A stretch of DNA of 64,000 bases from Gnetum montanum. Taxonomy: Eukaryota > Plantae > Gnetophyta. The notes under the pieces are model-generated. The model saw nothing but the letters and a program-made list of their open reading frames with translations. It did no database searches and had not been told where the DNA came from. The stretch covers positions 958,398 through 1,022,397 of the forward strand of contig MNCI01002813.1 of the NCBI GenBank assembly GCA_015680685.1, given 5' to 3'. Position 1 is the stretch's first letter. The number at the start of each line of letters is the position of its first letter. Made by a program: the position numbers and the translations under genes. Of the stretch, positions 13,506 through 27,367 are shown piece by piece.

Positions 13506-16199
13506 TATCTAAAAAAAACCTATATATAATAGTTGAAAGTATATAAAAATAAAAATGAAAAAATTTTGGTTAATGACTATGAGAAGAAAATGCTAAAACT
13601 TGAGACCTTTTTTTCCTGGGTGGTCAATGTTGGAACCCAAACATAAGTGAAGCATACTTACACCCTAGGATATATAGTTCAATTAGAACTTTATAACACA
13701 ACATTGCCCACCGGAATTGAATCCACAACCTAGAGCTTCCAAATCAAGTGTCTTGCCACTATGCTAACACTTCATTGTATAACTTAGATAGAACATGATA
13801 CTTTTGCACAACTTAGGTAAAACAAAAAGTGTAGGACCCATGAAGTATATGATAATTTATCATAAGATGGGAAGTGTTGAAACCACTGTAATTATATATT
13901 TCTAGAAATATTAGCTTCAACTTCTATAACATTTTAAGTTATTTGTATGTCACTAAAAAATCATTGATCATTTTTTTAGGGGAGATAACTTGTAGTTGAT
14001 AGCACAACCCCTACCCATACAATAGGGTAGATGTGATCCATAAACAAAAAGGTTCCTACCACAAGGCTACTCCACTCTTGCCATACTTGAAAGTGGAGGC
14101 AACAATTAAACCCACAACTTTCCAATTGAAAGATAGGTGTAATCATTGATAAATTTTAAATAAATTAAAAAAATGTTTTGGACAAGAGGGGAATGTCACA
14201 AGCTGAAAATATTTAACTATATGTACACCTCCTTCCCAGTCACAATGTTATAGACTATTTTGTCAAGTTCCTAACTAAGTTGTCCCTCCTCTTCCCACTG
14301 CAAGGCAACCAATGCAAAGTGGTTTAAGTGATTATGTAGGCAAGAGATTGACAATTTATGTCACACTTGAAGCACCTTTATATTTCATGTAAGTTCTACA
14401 ATAGTCTCATTTTGGAATCCTAAAATAGTTGTCATATAGGTACATTCCAAGATATATAGTTCAATTATAATTTTATACCTCAACATTACCCACCAAAATC
14501 AAACCTAGGACTTGAAGCTTTCAAATCAAGAGTTTAATCACTAGGCTAACATGTTATTGTTAAAAACATATCATTTTGGAATTTTGGAACTTGAAATAAG
14601 TGAAATATAGGTACACCCTAAGATATATAGTCCAATTAGAACTTTATATAACTCATCATTTTCCATTGGAATCAAACCTATGACCTAGAACTTCCAAATC
14701 CAATGTTTTCCCACTAGGCTAATATTTCAATGTTGCATGTAGTTAAAAAAGTTTTAACAAGGAGGTGCTAACCTAGTCATGGGTTTGATTTTGGTGGGCA
14801 ATGTTAACTTATATAAAGTTCTAATTAGACTATATATCTTGGGGTGTACCTATGTTTCACTTATTGTGGGTTCCAACATCCCCTTAAAAAAGTTTTAGAT
14901 TAACAATAAGGTATTCACCTAGTGGTAAGACTATTGATTTGAAAGCTCCAAGTCATAGGTTTAATTCTAGGAGGTAATAATAAGTTATAAAGTTCTAATT
15001 GGACTATATATCTTAGGGTGTACCTATGTTATAATTATTTTGAAGTTTCAACACCCTAAAAAATTTTTAGATTTGATGAGCAACAAGTATAATCTAAACC
15101 CAATTATACAAATCACAAGTGTGTACTAGCAATCTAGTTGAATTTCGTAGACCTAGTTGCTAAGTTTGCCCATGGCCCTAGATTGTGAATCAAGGGATCA
15201 TGTGATCATTATCTTCCTAACTCATATTTATGCTATCTATGCATATGGTTAAATGTGAGTTAAGGCTTATGATATTTATTTTTATTGGTATTTTTTATAT
15301 ATTTTCTCCTAATAACAAGATGAATACATGAAGACTTAATAATTAACTATTCAACTAATTAGCTATTCTAATGACTAACTATCCTAACATAAGTAGCTAC
15401 TCCCACTTTTTGTACACATCTTGAACTCATATTATGCTACTGGGTTACCAAATGGCTATTACTGGGTGTTACCAAATGGTTGCTACTAGGATTACCAAGT
15501 GTAACACATTTTGCTTAAAGTGGTCATCCTTATGTATTTATGATTAAGTGCATGAATTAGTTAGGACTATGAAAGTAAAGTGCATTGAAAGTAGAGTGCA
15601 AATAAGAGAGATTAAACTAATCCAAATGTTGCAATGAATGTTAGATATCTCATCCTTATTATCATCTATGCCAATGCATTTAGGTACATGATGATTGAAT
15701 AAAAATCTGTACAATCTCTTAAATTCACACTACAAACACTTAAAGGAAAATATTCTAACTCTAAAGAAATTAAACTACAAGAGCTTCAATATGCTATGGA
15801 CTTAAAGTACCATAAATGTAGTTGGTGCATGCGTTTATATAGGGTTTGCCTACATTAACATTCACACATCTACATTGACATGTGTCACCATGTGTCGATA
15901 GGGATACATCAATGGGGTTGCATTGACACATGCCCATCGATGCAACCTGTATACATGATGCTTCATCATACCCACATGATTGATTAAAAACTCATTCTCA
16001 AGTGAACAAAAGTAGGATCAAGCTTTTTATAAAATTTAGGGAAGTATGGAATTTATTAACTTAAAAAAAATAAACTAATTGACTAGCTGACTAACTCTGA
16101 GTGCTAGATTGTATAGGATTACAAAATTGGTATCCATGATAACAAAATTAAACCCTTTTACAAAATTCCAACAGGTATCCTTGAGTTGCCAAAGACAAG

Positions 16200-19039
16200 G
16201 AAAATTCTCAAACAGTGCCTAAAGGTGGAGGCTCCAATGACGCTGAAGGTCCTTCACTAGGTTTTAGTGCTTATGGAAGGGACAGTGGCTGAGGTTGACT
16301 TGATTTTTCTAGAAGAAGTCTACAAGCATTGAGTGGCACTTTCATCTTCTCTTCCTTACTTCATGGGTCATATGTAGTTCATGTGAGCTTGATTGATATG
16401 GGCTGGTGTAGGGATATCCCATGGGAATAGAAGTGTGGGAAACAACTCTTTAGCATTGACAAACCATGCTATGAATTATTTGCATTCAATATTGAATGTT
16501 TCACTAAGTTCTACAACTCATGATAGTCGTTCATCCTTCTAGCTAGGTTCTTAGTAATAGATCATTGGTTAGTGAATCTACTCCTGAGAACTTTAAGCTC
16601 AGTGTTAGATGTCTCCAACTATTGCTTATTATGATGCTTGAATTCCACTTGTACAAGAGATAGGAATTGGCCACATGCTTCTCCAATTCAGTCCTTGGCC
16701 ACCCTATTGTTAGCATTGCCAATTTTGCATAATGGATGTTGATAAGCTCCATGTACTCCATCATCTTCTTGATTTACAACTCATTTAGGTAGATTTCTAC
16801 ATTGTTGTATGCATTTAAGCTATCAAAGATTGGCTATCACATGTCACCTCTTTGCTGAAGTTGTTGGAGGGCCTCATTCATCTTTGTCTTAGCCAATTGA
16901 ATTTTTTTCATTCACCTCCTTGAGGACCTTGACCTAGTCCCTATAATGATTTTTGACTTATTTGAATTTCATGGCCTCATTCTTCCAAGTGGCTACCTCA
17001 ATGAACATTTACTGACAAAGTGCTCAAACTTCCTCCATTGGGAGGTTCCTATTCTCTATTGCCAACCTCTTTAAATCAAGATTCACCTTGGCTAGCTGCT
17101 CTTGCTATTGTCAAACAAATTCGACTATCTTGTTATTTTGTTGTTTGACATTTCACGGGTGATGATGATCCTTGATGAAGACTAAGTTCTCTTTGCAGAC
17201 TTGCAACAAGTCTTTGTCAATGTTGAAGATCACATCATCCAATAAGAACTCATCAAAGACCTCCACCTCCTTTGCATTCTTAATTTCCCTTATTCTATGC
17301 TAAAGCTATTGGAAAGCTTCATCCCTTTTGAGTTCCAGGTTGAGAATGATAGTATTGAAGAGACATTCCCACAACTTTGTAGCCTTAGTAGCCAACTATT
17401 GGTTCTTCATGGTGGTTGCCTTTAGTTGGGCATTAGCGATGAGAAGTTTACTCTTAGTCTCTAGCAACTACAATAGGATTACTATAATTTCATCTAGAAG
17501 ATCAAAGATCTCTAGAAATGATTTCCCATATCTCACTAGTCATTCCAATACTTCTTTGTGTTGGATAGCACTCAACCAATCACTTCCTATTCATATGAAT
17601 GTTTGAATATTTACCATTGTAGTAATGTATGGCATGGATGCTACTAGAGCCTTTAGGTCTTCTACTACCTTATCAGCCACTACCTCTGCTACTATCTCCT
17701 ATCCTTGGTGTTGCACCACCAAAATATTCATCTTCTCATCTTTTTTGAAGTGGACCAAGAAAGTTGTGGCATTCCTAGAAATTTTAGGGAATTCTTGTCC
17801 AAGGATGAACACCATAACTTCTCAACTACTAGGATTTATTCTTACAAGCACTTGATTTATTTGTGCTGAGAGCACTAGGATGGTTTCCTCTAGCTAACTG
17901 AGCATCCTTGTGACCTCACTAAGATGACTTAAGGCTGGATGATAAACCAATGATTCTTCCCCACCTATTGAGCACTCTTATTGTTGTAGCTATTGCTCAT
18001 GGAGTTTCTAGAGCCTTTTTGTAGCTATAAGTGCTTCCAAAGTGGTTTCTCTTCTAGGTGGTGGTGGTGGTCTCTCCTCTTCTTGCAACTTAGTTGCTAC
18101 CTTATCCTTCATCATCTCCTTCTAGGATGTGGCAGAAGCATGCCGAACCACATCATTGGCATAGCACGCTATGCCTTCCCTTTTGTAGAGTTTTCTAATT
18201 AAGCATGGAAAGGAAAGCATCTTCCTTCCTTTCTATTTCTCTTTGAATCACTTTTCTATCTCCAGATAGATAAGTTTTGGAAGGTTAACAAGGAACTTTT
18301 TACTTAAAGTGATGCACACACAAGAGGAAAAGACTGTTACCTTGCTTGGCCTCATTATAGGGTTTAGGTGATAGGTCACGATATTGAAATAGACATGCTC
18401 TACCTTTATGAGTGCACCATACTCTTTATGGTCCACTCCATAGCAAAGCTAGATTCACTCCTTAAGTTTCGGATCTACTTGGGTTAACATTTCTATCAAC
18501 TTTTCCTTAATATTAGGCAAACAAAGGACCTTTGTAATGGCCTCAACCAAGTAGTAGACTATGATGTCCTTGATCTTGACAGATGCATCTCCTTTCTGGT
18601 TGTTCTAGAATAGATAGGTCTCTCCCATGTACCATTCTCTATTGGTAGAGAGAATGGACCACATGGGAGACCCTTGTGATTTAGTATAGACTTCCTCCAA
18701 TGCCAACTCCACGAAGGGTCCAAATTTTAATTCTTGAAGAACTAAACTTTGAACCTCCTTAATTTTAATCTTCTCCAGGAAGGCCTCCATTAGTGTACCT
18801 TTAAGGTAAGGCCTTGGCCTTGAAGCTTCATTTTGCCTAGATTGGTCAATCTCTGCAAAAGGAATCTCTTAGATAGATTCCACTTTAAGCTTCTCCTGAA
18901 GAGGTCTTGTTGCATGTGTTGCCTCAGCCTCTTTCTCTTGGGGCTACTGTGGTTGTTGTTGCTAGATCCTTCCTCCTCTTGGCCACTTTTCCCTTGGCTG
19001 GAAAGGTCCTCCTACTAGTGCTCCTCTCTTTGGTACCAT
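16200..19039 (-). pseudogene. E1 ORF2 (Athila env-like / accessory ORF with coiled-coil C-terminus), disrupted
   Basis: ATG immediately after acceptor TTTGTCATTGCAG. Residual ORFs at 18605-18790, 18248-18436 and 16543-16764 align with E2 ORF2 (e.g. YHLNPIMRPSKVTVFS vs YHLNLTMRPSKMITFS). Confidence 0.7.
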
Positions 19040-20959
19040 CTGCAATGACAAACATAACCTAGGATTACTTTTAGTTTATAATCCTTAATTATTTTAATAC
19101 CTTTCTTATTAGATTAGGTTACACTTATGTTTGTTTGTGATCTTGGTAGGTTTATTATTTTAGGATAAGTATTTTAATATTGTTTTGATGAATGAACCTT
19201 GGGAAGTTAGAAACATTTTGAAAAATTTTCTATCATAAACCAAAGCTTTGTGGCCTTTACGATGTAAAGATTACCTCTGGTAGTGAGAGGATCAAAGAAC
19301 AAGGTGAATCAAGTGAGTAGTTTAAAAGTTAGAGTGCTCAGAAGGTCTTCAAGCTTTGAAAAATGTAAAAACTCCTCTTTCCTTTGGAATAAATGGTGAA
19401 AAATTAGCTAAGTATTGCATGTATATATACTATTTTTCTACTACATCAATAGGAATGCATCGATGTAGCTATATAAGGTAATTTTTCACAATAAGAAAAT
19501 GAAGGATTTTGAAAGAGTTTGGAATGAAATAAAAGTCCAAATGAAGCTAGAAAAGCATAAAAGAATTGTAAAACATAGAAGAGGGATTAAATTTGTTGGA
19601 AATGAGGTTTAATTATATTTAGATGAAATATAAATGCCAAAATGATGTAAAATTGGATGTGCAGAAGGTGAAATGACCAAATTGATTACAAAAATGACAA
19701 AGGAATAGGAAATTTAACTTGAAAAGACCAAGGAGTATGCAAGTGGATCCTCCCCAAAGTAGGCTCATATCATTAATGCCCTTGCACCAAGGATGATTAA
19801 TGATCATTGGAAGTTTAAAATTGAATCCACATAAGAAATCATGAAAATATTATGACATACTAAAAAAAAACACATTAATTAACCATGGTAGGAGGCAATG
19901 AGGTGATCAATGATGAGAGTAAAGGAATGGAAGAGAGAGATTAAGAGGAAAGTCTCACATCCTAGTCACATGAAGTCCTTGTGGAATTTGTGCTTAAGAT
20001 GATCTAATACCATCCCATCCTAAATTGGAACAAAGTCCATCCACATTCAGTCACTTTGCATTATCATGATCTGGTTGTTCAACCAACAAGAGTTCATGAC
20101 CATCATAAAGGACAACCACTACTCCAAGGAGAGAAGAAAAGAGAAGCAAGAAGATATGAAGGGCCTTAGTGAGAGGGGTGGTTTCAGACATGGGTAACAT
20201 GTCTTTTTAGCTTCATAACTAGTGCTTTTAGCCCATTATTGTGTCTAAGGGATGTGCTTTCAATTTCCATGTTTGTTTCTATTTACAGGAATCACACCAT
20301 GCAAAGACATGTTTTTTGTTATGGTCAATAGTAAGAGTGGTGAGAGACCAATGAGAATCCTCATAAAACTGAAGAAGAAAGTTGGGTACATGAAGTGAAA
20401 AATCTCCTTGAAGCCACACCCTTGTCCATTCCACTTGGTCAACTCCAAATTTTTTAAGTACCAAGATCACTGATTCTTGTTAATTTGTAATTATGGAAGG
20501 ACCTCATGCTTCCAAGATGAAGAACCTCATAGAGTTGAGTGGAATCAGTGGATGACGTGGACTCACTGCCTAACATCATTAGAAAATTAATGCTCCATTA
20601 ATTAAGGACATAATCCCAAGATGAAATCTAGTCATTGAACAATCAATCCAAACATTAAATATAGTAGTAAATGAACTTCTAGTAGTAGTAGCAATTGTAG
20701 TAAAGACTCAAGATTCTTGATGAACAATCAAGAAAAAAATATGTAAAAGAATATAAGCAAGGTAAAATATCTGAAATAAGTTGTAAAATATTCAAGAAAA
20801 ATAAAAACTTCTAAATAATGGTATAAAACAAAAAGTTAAAAAACTAGGTAGCCTAGACAAAATCTTAACATGGGTAGCCATCTCCCCCATGATTGAGTTG
20901 GAAGGAGGAGATCCAAAAAATAGAACATGCTTGTCCATCAGTTGAGGTGTCCATGTAAT

Positions 20960-23900
20960 TGGTTATTCTTGGTTCTAGGAAAGGTTTCAATTAATGAAAG
21001 TTAACTAGCAATCATTTGTCTAGGCTAGAAGGATGGTAAATCATCATAGCCCTAGAAGGAAAAGTTGTATGAATAATATAAGATCCTTCCCATAGTGTTT
21101 GAATTTTTTTTTCATTGTGGTACATGCATGGGATTCCAGTAAAGAACCTTATTGCCTAGTTGGAATTTAACTTTCCTTATGCATGAGTCATGGTGTTGTT
21201 TGGTGTGTGCCTTATGCACCTCATTTAGGCATAGGGCTACCTATTCGTTTTCATCTAATACACTTAGTGTCATTAAACATTCCTTTGGTACTAGACTTAA
21301 ATTAAGGTCAAGTTCGCAAGTCATTGAAAGTTTACAAAGCTTGTTTTGAATTGGTAGAGTTGATGATTTTTCGTACACTAGCTCATAAGGGGAATAGCCA
21401 ATAGAAAGTTTCCAAGTGCATTGACAGGACCATAGAGCATTTTTGGGCTTTGTGTTCCAGTCTTTCCTATATTTACTAACTGTGTGTTAGTATTTTGGCT
21501 ATTTTCCTATTGGGGACTTTGGCTTTACCATTAGCTTGGGGATGATATGGAGTTGTTAATTTATGCTTTACCCCTAAGTGTTACATTAATTTTCAAAAGA
21601 TAGCACCTATGAAATGAGTTTCATTGTTAGAAATAGATGTCCTTGGCATGCCAAACCTATTTACCACATCTTCTTGTATATAGTTTGTGATAGTGGTAGC
21701 TTTAGCCCATTTTGTGTAGTGATGTATGCCTTTTTGTTGGACATGAGGTTGATGAGCCCCATGAAAGAAATGTCCCAAAGATCGAAAGGCTCTAGTGGTT
21801 CTATGGATTCTTCTATTTGTTTAGTCATCCCTCCATCTTGTTGGAAGTGTTCAAAAAAAACAAGAAAATTGATGAGCATCCATGAAGATTATTGACTAGA
21901 AATATCCTACCATGAAGATTTTTATGACCATTCTCTTCCTTGCATAATGGCCCCCATAAAGGCCTTCATGAGCATCCTAGAGGATTCGTAGTTGATGAGC
22001 ATCAAGTACACACCATTGTACTAAGCCATCAACACAAACCCTGTAGAGGTTACTTTTAATTTCCATGTAGTGTTTGGCTTGGTGAAGAAATTGTTGTTTC
22101 TTCCTACTATCCCATTCTTGTGGAACCTGCTGAGTGAGTAGATATGAGAGGAATTTCTTGTACTAGTTAGGATCTTTGGGACTTTACATTTTAACAACTT
22201 TGACAAAGATGAGTTCATCTAGAAATTGGTTGAATAAAGGCCCCTCATCCTCTTTTTTTTCCTATTGTAACTGAGACAAGTGGTTGATGATCATATTCTC
22301 AGTTCCCTTTTTGTTCATCATACTGAGGTCGAACTCCTATAGGATTACTAGCCACTATGTGATACAAGGGCTTATTATTGATTTGTTCATGAGGAATTGG
22401 ATGATACTATGATTTTTGTGTACAAAAACTTGATATCCAAGCATATAGAGCCTAAATTTTTCTAAGGATTACACCACCACCATGAGCTCCTTCTTTGTGG
22501 TGGTTTAGTTCAATTGTGCCCTCACAATGCTTTGGCTTGCACAATGGATGTAATAAGGATGTTTCTGATCATCTAATTGTGTAAGCACAACCCCTAAAGC
22601 ATAATTGGGTGCATCTATCATGATGTGGAAAGTGCTAGACCAAATATAAGCACATAGAATTGTAGTTTCTACTAGCTTCTGCTTTCACTTTTGGAATGCT
22701 AGATCACATTCCTTGGTCTAGTTGAAGGATGCATCTTTCTTGGTTAGCTCAACCAATAGCTTAGTAATTTTTGAGAAGTTCTCAATGAAGCATCAATAAT
22801 AACTAGTATGGCTAAGAAATAACCTTGCATCTTTCACTGTTTCAAGTTTCCTTGTGATTTCTTGGATGACTCGTACCTTTTCCAAGTCCATCTTGATCCA
22901 TTTTTTCAAAATTTTGTGCCCCAATACAATGCCTCCTTAGACCATGAGATGGCTTTTCTACCAATTTTGCTTTAAGTTAGTCTCCACACATTGTTAAAGC
23001 TCTTTCTTAAGATGCTCCAAGGCTTACTTAAATGTGGTATCATAAGTAGAGAATTCATCCACAAAGACTTCTATCCCATTACCAATTTGTTATTGAAAGA
23101 TGTTGAGAACCAAGCATTGGAAGGTAGTAGGGACATTGCATACACCAAAGGGTATCTTTTTGTATGCAAAAGTTCCTTGGGAACTTGTAAATGTGATTTT
23201 GGCCTAGTCCTTAGGTGCAATCTAGATTTGATTATATCTACTATAACCATCAAGAAAACTATAATAGCAATGCCCTACCATGATGTCCAACACTTAATTA
23301 ACAAATGGAAATGGAAAATAATCCTTGAAAGTAACCATGTTCAATAGCCAAAAATCTATGCAAACTCTAAATTTTTCTCATTTCTTAGGTGTAGTAACAA
23401 GTGGCCTAACCCATTCACTATCCATAACTGGATAGATGAATGTCATCTTGAGGACTTGTTCAACCTCCTCCTTGGCAACCTACTTTAGTTGGGAGTTCAA
23501 TATTCTATGTGGTTGCCTCTTCGGCTTGATGGAGAAGTCTGTATAAATGCAAGGTTGGCACATCCATGGATCTATTCCTATAAGTTCATGATATGATTAA
23601 GCAAAGGTTGTTGGTAATTTGTTCATCACCTTCAATAGCTTCTTTTTCTATTCTAAAGCAAGTTTGGAATTGATGATTACCGGCTTACCATTGTTAAGAA
23701 AAGCATATTCCATAGTGATTAAGGATCTCCAACTCTTCACATTCCATTTCACTTTGTGTGTGGGAGAGTTGGTGATGGAGTTGCTCCATTTCATCCATGT
23801 TCTCTATATAGGTTCTAGTAAATCTCTCTGATGGTTCCATGCACATGGTGGACTCAGCTTGGTGATCTATTATTAGCCACTAAGTACCTTCTTGATTTGT

Positions 23901-26349
23901 GGTTGCTACATATAGGCACTTTGGAATAAATGTTGTTTCAGCACACTAATTGCAAGCTTGGATTGATGTATATTTGATCATCCATAGTTTTTGCATGCAA
24001 TGGAACCTTCTATTACTATATGTAATGCACAAAACCCTCTTCTTCTCTTCCATATCAAATTCATTTTCTTTGAAAGTTTCCAAGAAAAGGTCTTGAATTT
24101 TCATTTTGGTATTTATGATACTAAGACATGCCCTTCCCATAATGATAGGAAAGTTTTCCTTACAATTTTCCACATGGATCACAAGGAAATTTGTAAGATA
24201 AGACCTTCCACAAACAATGGTTACAATTTCCTCCACTAATCCCAAAGGGATAGTGATGGACTAATTTGCCAGTTCAAGTGTAATATTGCTCTTCTTTAGA
24301 GGAGGCAAATCCTAGGTCTTATACATTTCTTGGGAGATTAAGTTGATCCTATAAACTAAATCTAATAGAGTCATACATGGTTTATTTCCTATAATCTAGA
24401 AACCTTAGGATTTTGCTATTGTGGTGGTGGCATCCCCCACAGTTGTGGGTGTTACCACTATTAATATTGCTCCTAAGGTTGATAAGGTGCTCCACTTGGA
24501 TAATACATTGGTTGATGGAACTACTGGTTGTAGTTGCCTTAAGGTAGTCACTTAGGTGCTTATCATTTTGCAAATTTTGAATTTAATGCATACACCCTAG
24601 ACTTCTACAAATGTGACAACACTGAGCAACATCCCTTAGGATGTTTGTATTGGAAAATTTCATAGTCATCATCATCTATTTTAGAACACACAACCTCTTC
24701 AATTGCTATATCTTTACCCTTGTTCTGATAATAACCTTTATGTATCCTACTTCTTCCTTCTTTCTTAATCACTACTCCCTTAGTTCTTTCATTCCTCTGT
24801 GATTTTCACAGCTATTTAAAACTTCCCATCTAAGAAGTCTTACATTTTATCTACCTTAGTTGATATTTTAGTGATAGATTTTGATATTAGTGAGGCCTTA
24901 CTTTGCATCAATTCATCAAGCACTATCTCCCCCTCAAAGTCATAGAAATTTACCTACCTTTTACAAAGGGAGGAATCCCTATTATATTCTTCTGCATTTT
25001 CATGCCTTTTCAACTCTCCTTCTTCTTTAGCACCTATTCAATTAAGCTTTGAATCTGATGATATTGCATCTTAGAAAATCTTCCCTAGGCATAGACCCCA
25101 AGGCTTTTTCTTATCTTGATTTTGAATCCATCTACAATATGGTGAAGCTATTCTCTTTGGGAGTGGCCTAGGCATCAGTGCAATAGAGAGTAGTACCTTC
25201 CCAAGGCTGTATCCAAGGATTCTACAAGGCATAGGCATCATGAAAAGCTTGCATGATTCTATGGATGTGAATTATATCCCCCTTCAAACTTGGGAATGTT
25301 ATTCATATTTAACCTCTTAATCCTACTATCCTTCAAGTTCCTTGTTGGAATTCTTACTATCTCTAAAATGTTAAGAATATTTTAGGTAGCCAATAGAGGC
25401 TCATCATAGTCATGATGATCGCAGTGCCCCTTTCATGGCCATGATGTCTATAATGATTTTTGCTATGCCTTCAGTCTCTATGATATTTTTCTCTCCCTTG
25501 TGGTTATCTTTGCACTTGATCTTGATCACCTTGATGGGATCCTTGTTCATTTTTTTCCTACTATTCATCACCATCCTAATCTCAGCTATGTCTCTTGTTG
25601 TCTTTGCTCTTGTTCCTCCTATAAGAGTTTGAGGATGAAGATGAAGAAGATGATGAGAGTGAAGAAGAAGAACTAGGAAAATGATGCCTAGCAATTTCTC
25701 TCCTTCAATTTCTTTTCTAATTTGATCATTATCCTTTGATCATTGTCTTTCCTTTGATCATTATCCTTTCCCTTAAATGCATGGTTATGATTTTTATATT
25801 TTAAGGCCCCTTAGTCTTGAGACCCAATTTTTCCATTATAAGGTTCTCTAGAGTTGACTACAATCTTTGATTAAGGGTCTTCTCATTATAGAGAGGAGAA
25901 GAATTTGTGTATTGTGATTGGCTAGAAAAGAAATCCTTACCCTCTTTGTATTATTGAATGAATAATTGGGTTGGAGTTCTCTTGTTCCTAGAGACCTCAT
26001 ATCATCCCTCCATGTGTCAATCTAGCCTATGTTGGGCATTGGTATGATGATAGTCCGTGTAAGTGTGGTCTTGGACTTCATAATTCAAGTTGAGTGTGGC
26101 AATACCAATTTTGATGAGATTGGACATTAGCATGATGGGAATGGATTAATCAGGAGGTAACACTATGTTGCCTTCCATATCTCCCCAACACCTTTGTACA
26201 TCTTGATAGAGGATGAAAGTAAAATTCGAATTATAAGGGTCTAGATGAGCATAGACAACTTCAAGTTATTGGGACTTCTTGGATGCCCGATCCTACTGAC
26301 TGGATCCTTTGTTATGTGATGGAGATTCATCCCTGTGAGAAGAAGCCAT
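20960..26349 (-). pseudogene. E1 gag-pol, disrupted
   Basis: Start MASSH at 26349; protease-region NFPIIMGRACL; RT, RNase H and integrase fragments (PLEPFDLWDISFMG, VVNRFGMPRTSISNNETHF). Confidence 0.85.
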
Positions 26350-27367
26350 ATTAGTTATTGATAAAAATAGTGTGCCTTTGGTATTTTTTTATTTCTTTAA
26401 TAATTTCCTTAGTGAATGGTAGTGGTTCATTGTAGGTTCTTCACAACATCTTTGTATAACTTCACAATCTCTTACTATTTAGTGCACTTAGCTAAACTAA
26501 GTCCTTGGTAATGGTGCTAATGATGAGCAGCAAGTATACCCTTCATCCAACCATACGAATCACAAGCATGTACCAACAATGTAGTAGAATTTCATAGACT
26601 TAGTTCCTACATTCACCCATAGTCCTAGACTATGAATCAAGGGATCATGTGATTGTTGTCTTTCTAACTCACACTTGTGCTATCTATGTGTATGGTTAAA
26701 TGTTAGTTAAGGCTTATGATATTTATTTGTGTTGGCATTTTTTATATATTTTCTCCTAATAACTATATGAGTAAATGAAGGCTTAATAATTAACTATTCA
26801 ATTAATTAGCTATTCTAATAACTAACTATCCTAACATAAGTAGCTGCTCCCACTTTATGTATACATCACAAGCTCATATTATGCTACTGAGTTACCAAAT
26901 GGCTATTACTAGGCATTACCAAATGGTCACTACTAGGATTACCAAGTGTAACATGTTATTCTTGAAGTGGTTGTCCTTATGTGTTTATGATTCAGTGCAT
27001 GAATTAGTTAGGACTATGAAAGTAAAGTGCATTGAAAGTAGAGTGCAAATAAGAGAGATTAAACTAATCCAATTGCTATAATGAATGTAAAAATTCTCAT
27101 CTTTATTGTTGTTTATACTAATGCATTCAGTTACATGATGCTTGAATAAAGATTTGTACAATCTCTTAAATTCACATTGTGATCACTCATTGGAATATAT
27201 TCTAACTTTAGAGGAATCAAATTGCAAGAGCTTTGCTACACTATGGACTTAAGATGCTATAAATGCAATTGGTATGCACATTTATATAGGCTTCAATTGC
27301 ATCAATGTTGATGCATCTACATCAATGCATGTCACCATGCATCAATGCGGATACGTCAATGAGGTTG

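Larger units (their letters stand above)
12620..15057. mobile_element. cluster of ~7 family-A tRNA-derived SINE copies
   Basis: Plus-strand copies at ~12625-12700, 12710-12803 (continuing 13025-13085), 14755-14890 and 14900-15062; minus-strand copies at ~13610-13780, 14410-14561 and 14583-14735. A-box TAGCGTAGTGG, B-box GGTTCAATTCC-like; several end CCAACA...A-tail. Confidence 0.75.
15074..27367 (-). mobile_element. near full-length degenerate Athila-like Ty3/gypsy element E1
   Basis: 3' LTR 15074-15968 with PPT TCAATCATGTGGGTA; 5' LTR 26521-~27367 (its first ~50 bp missing); decayed tRNA-Asp PBS (TTAGCACCATTACCAAGGAC). Contains gag-PR-RT-RH-INT and a post-pol ORF2. Confidence 0.9.

Noticed and set aside
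13980-14145. third SINE family on the minus strand (also ~42290-42440 and ~43875-43965)
   Set aside because: B-box-like words are present, but these are single decayed copies with no alignable partner or TSD in the window, so I cannot support the call.
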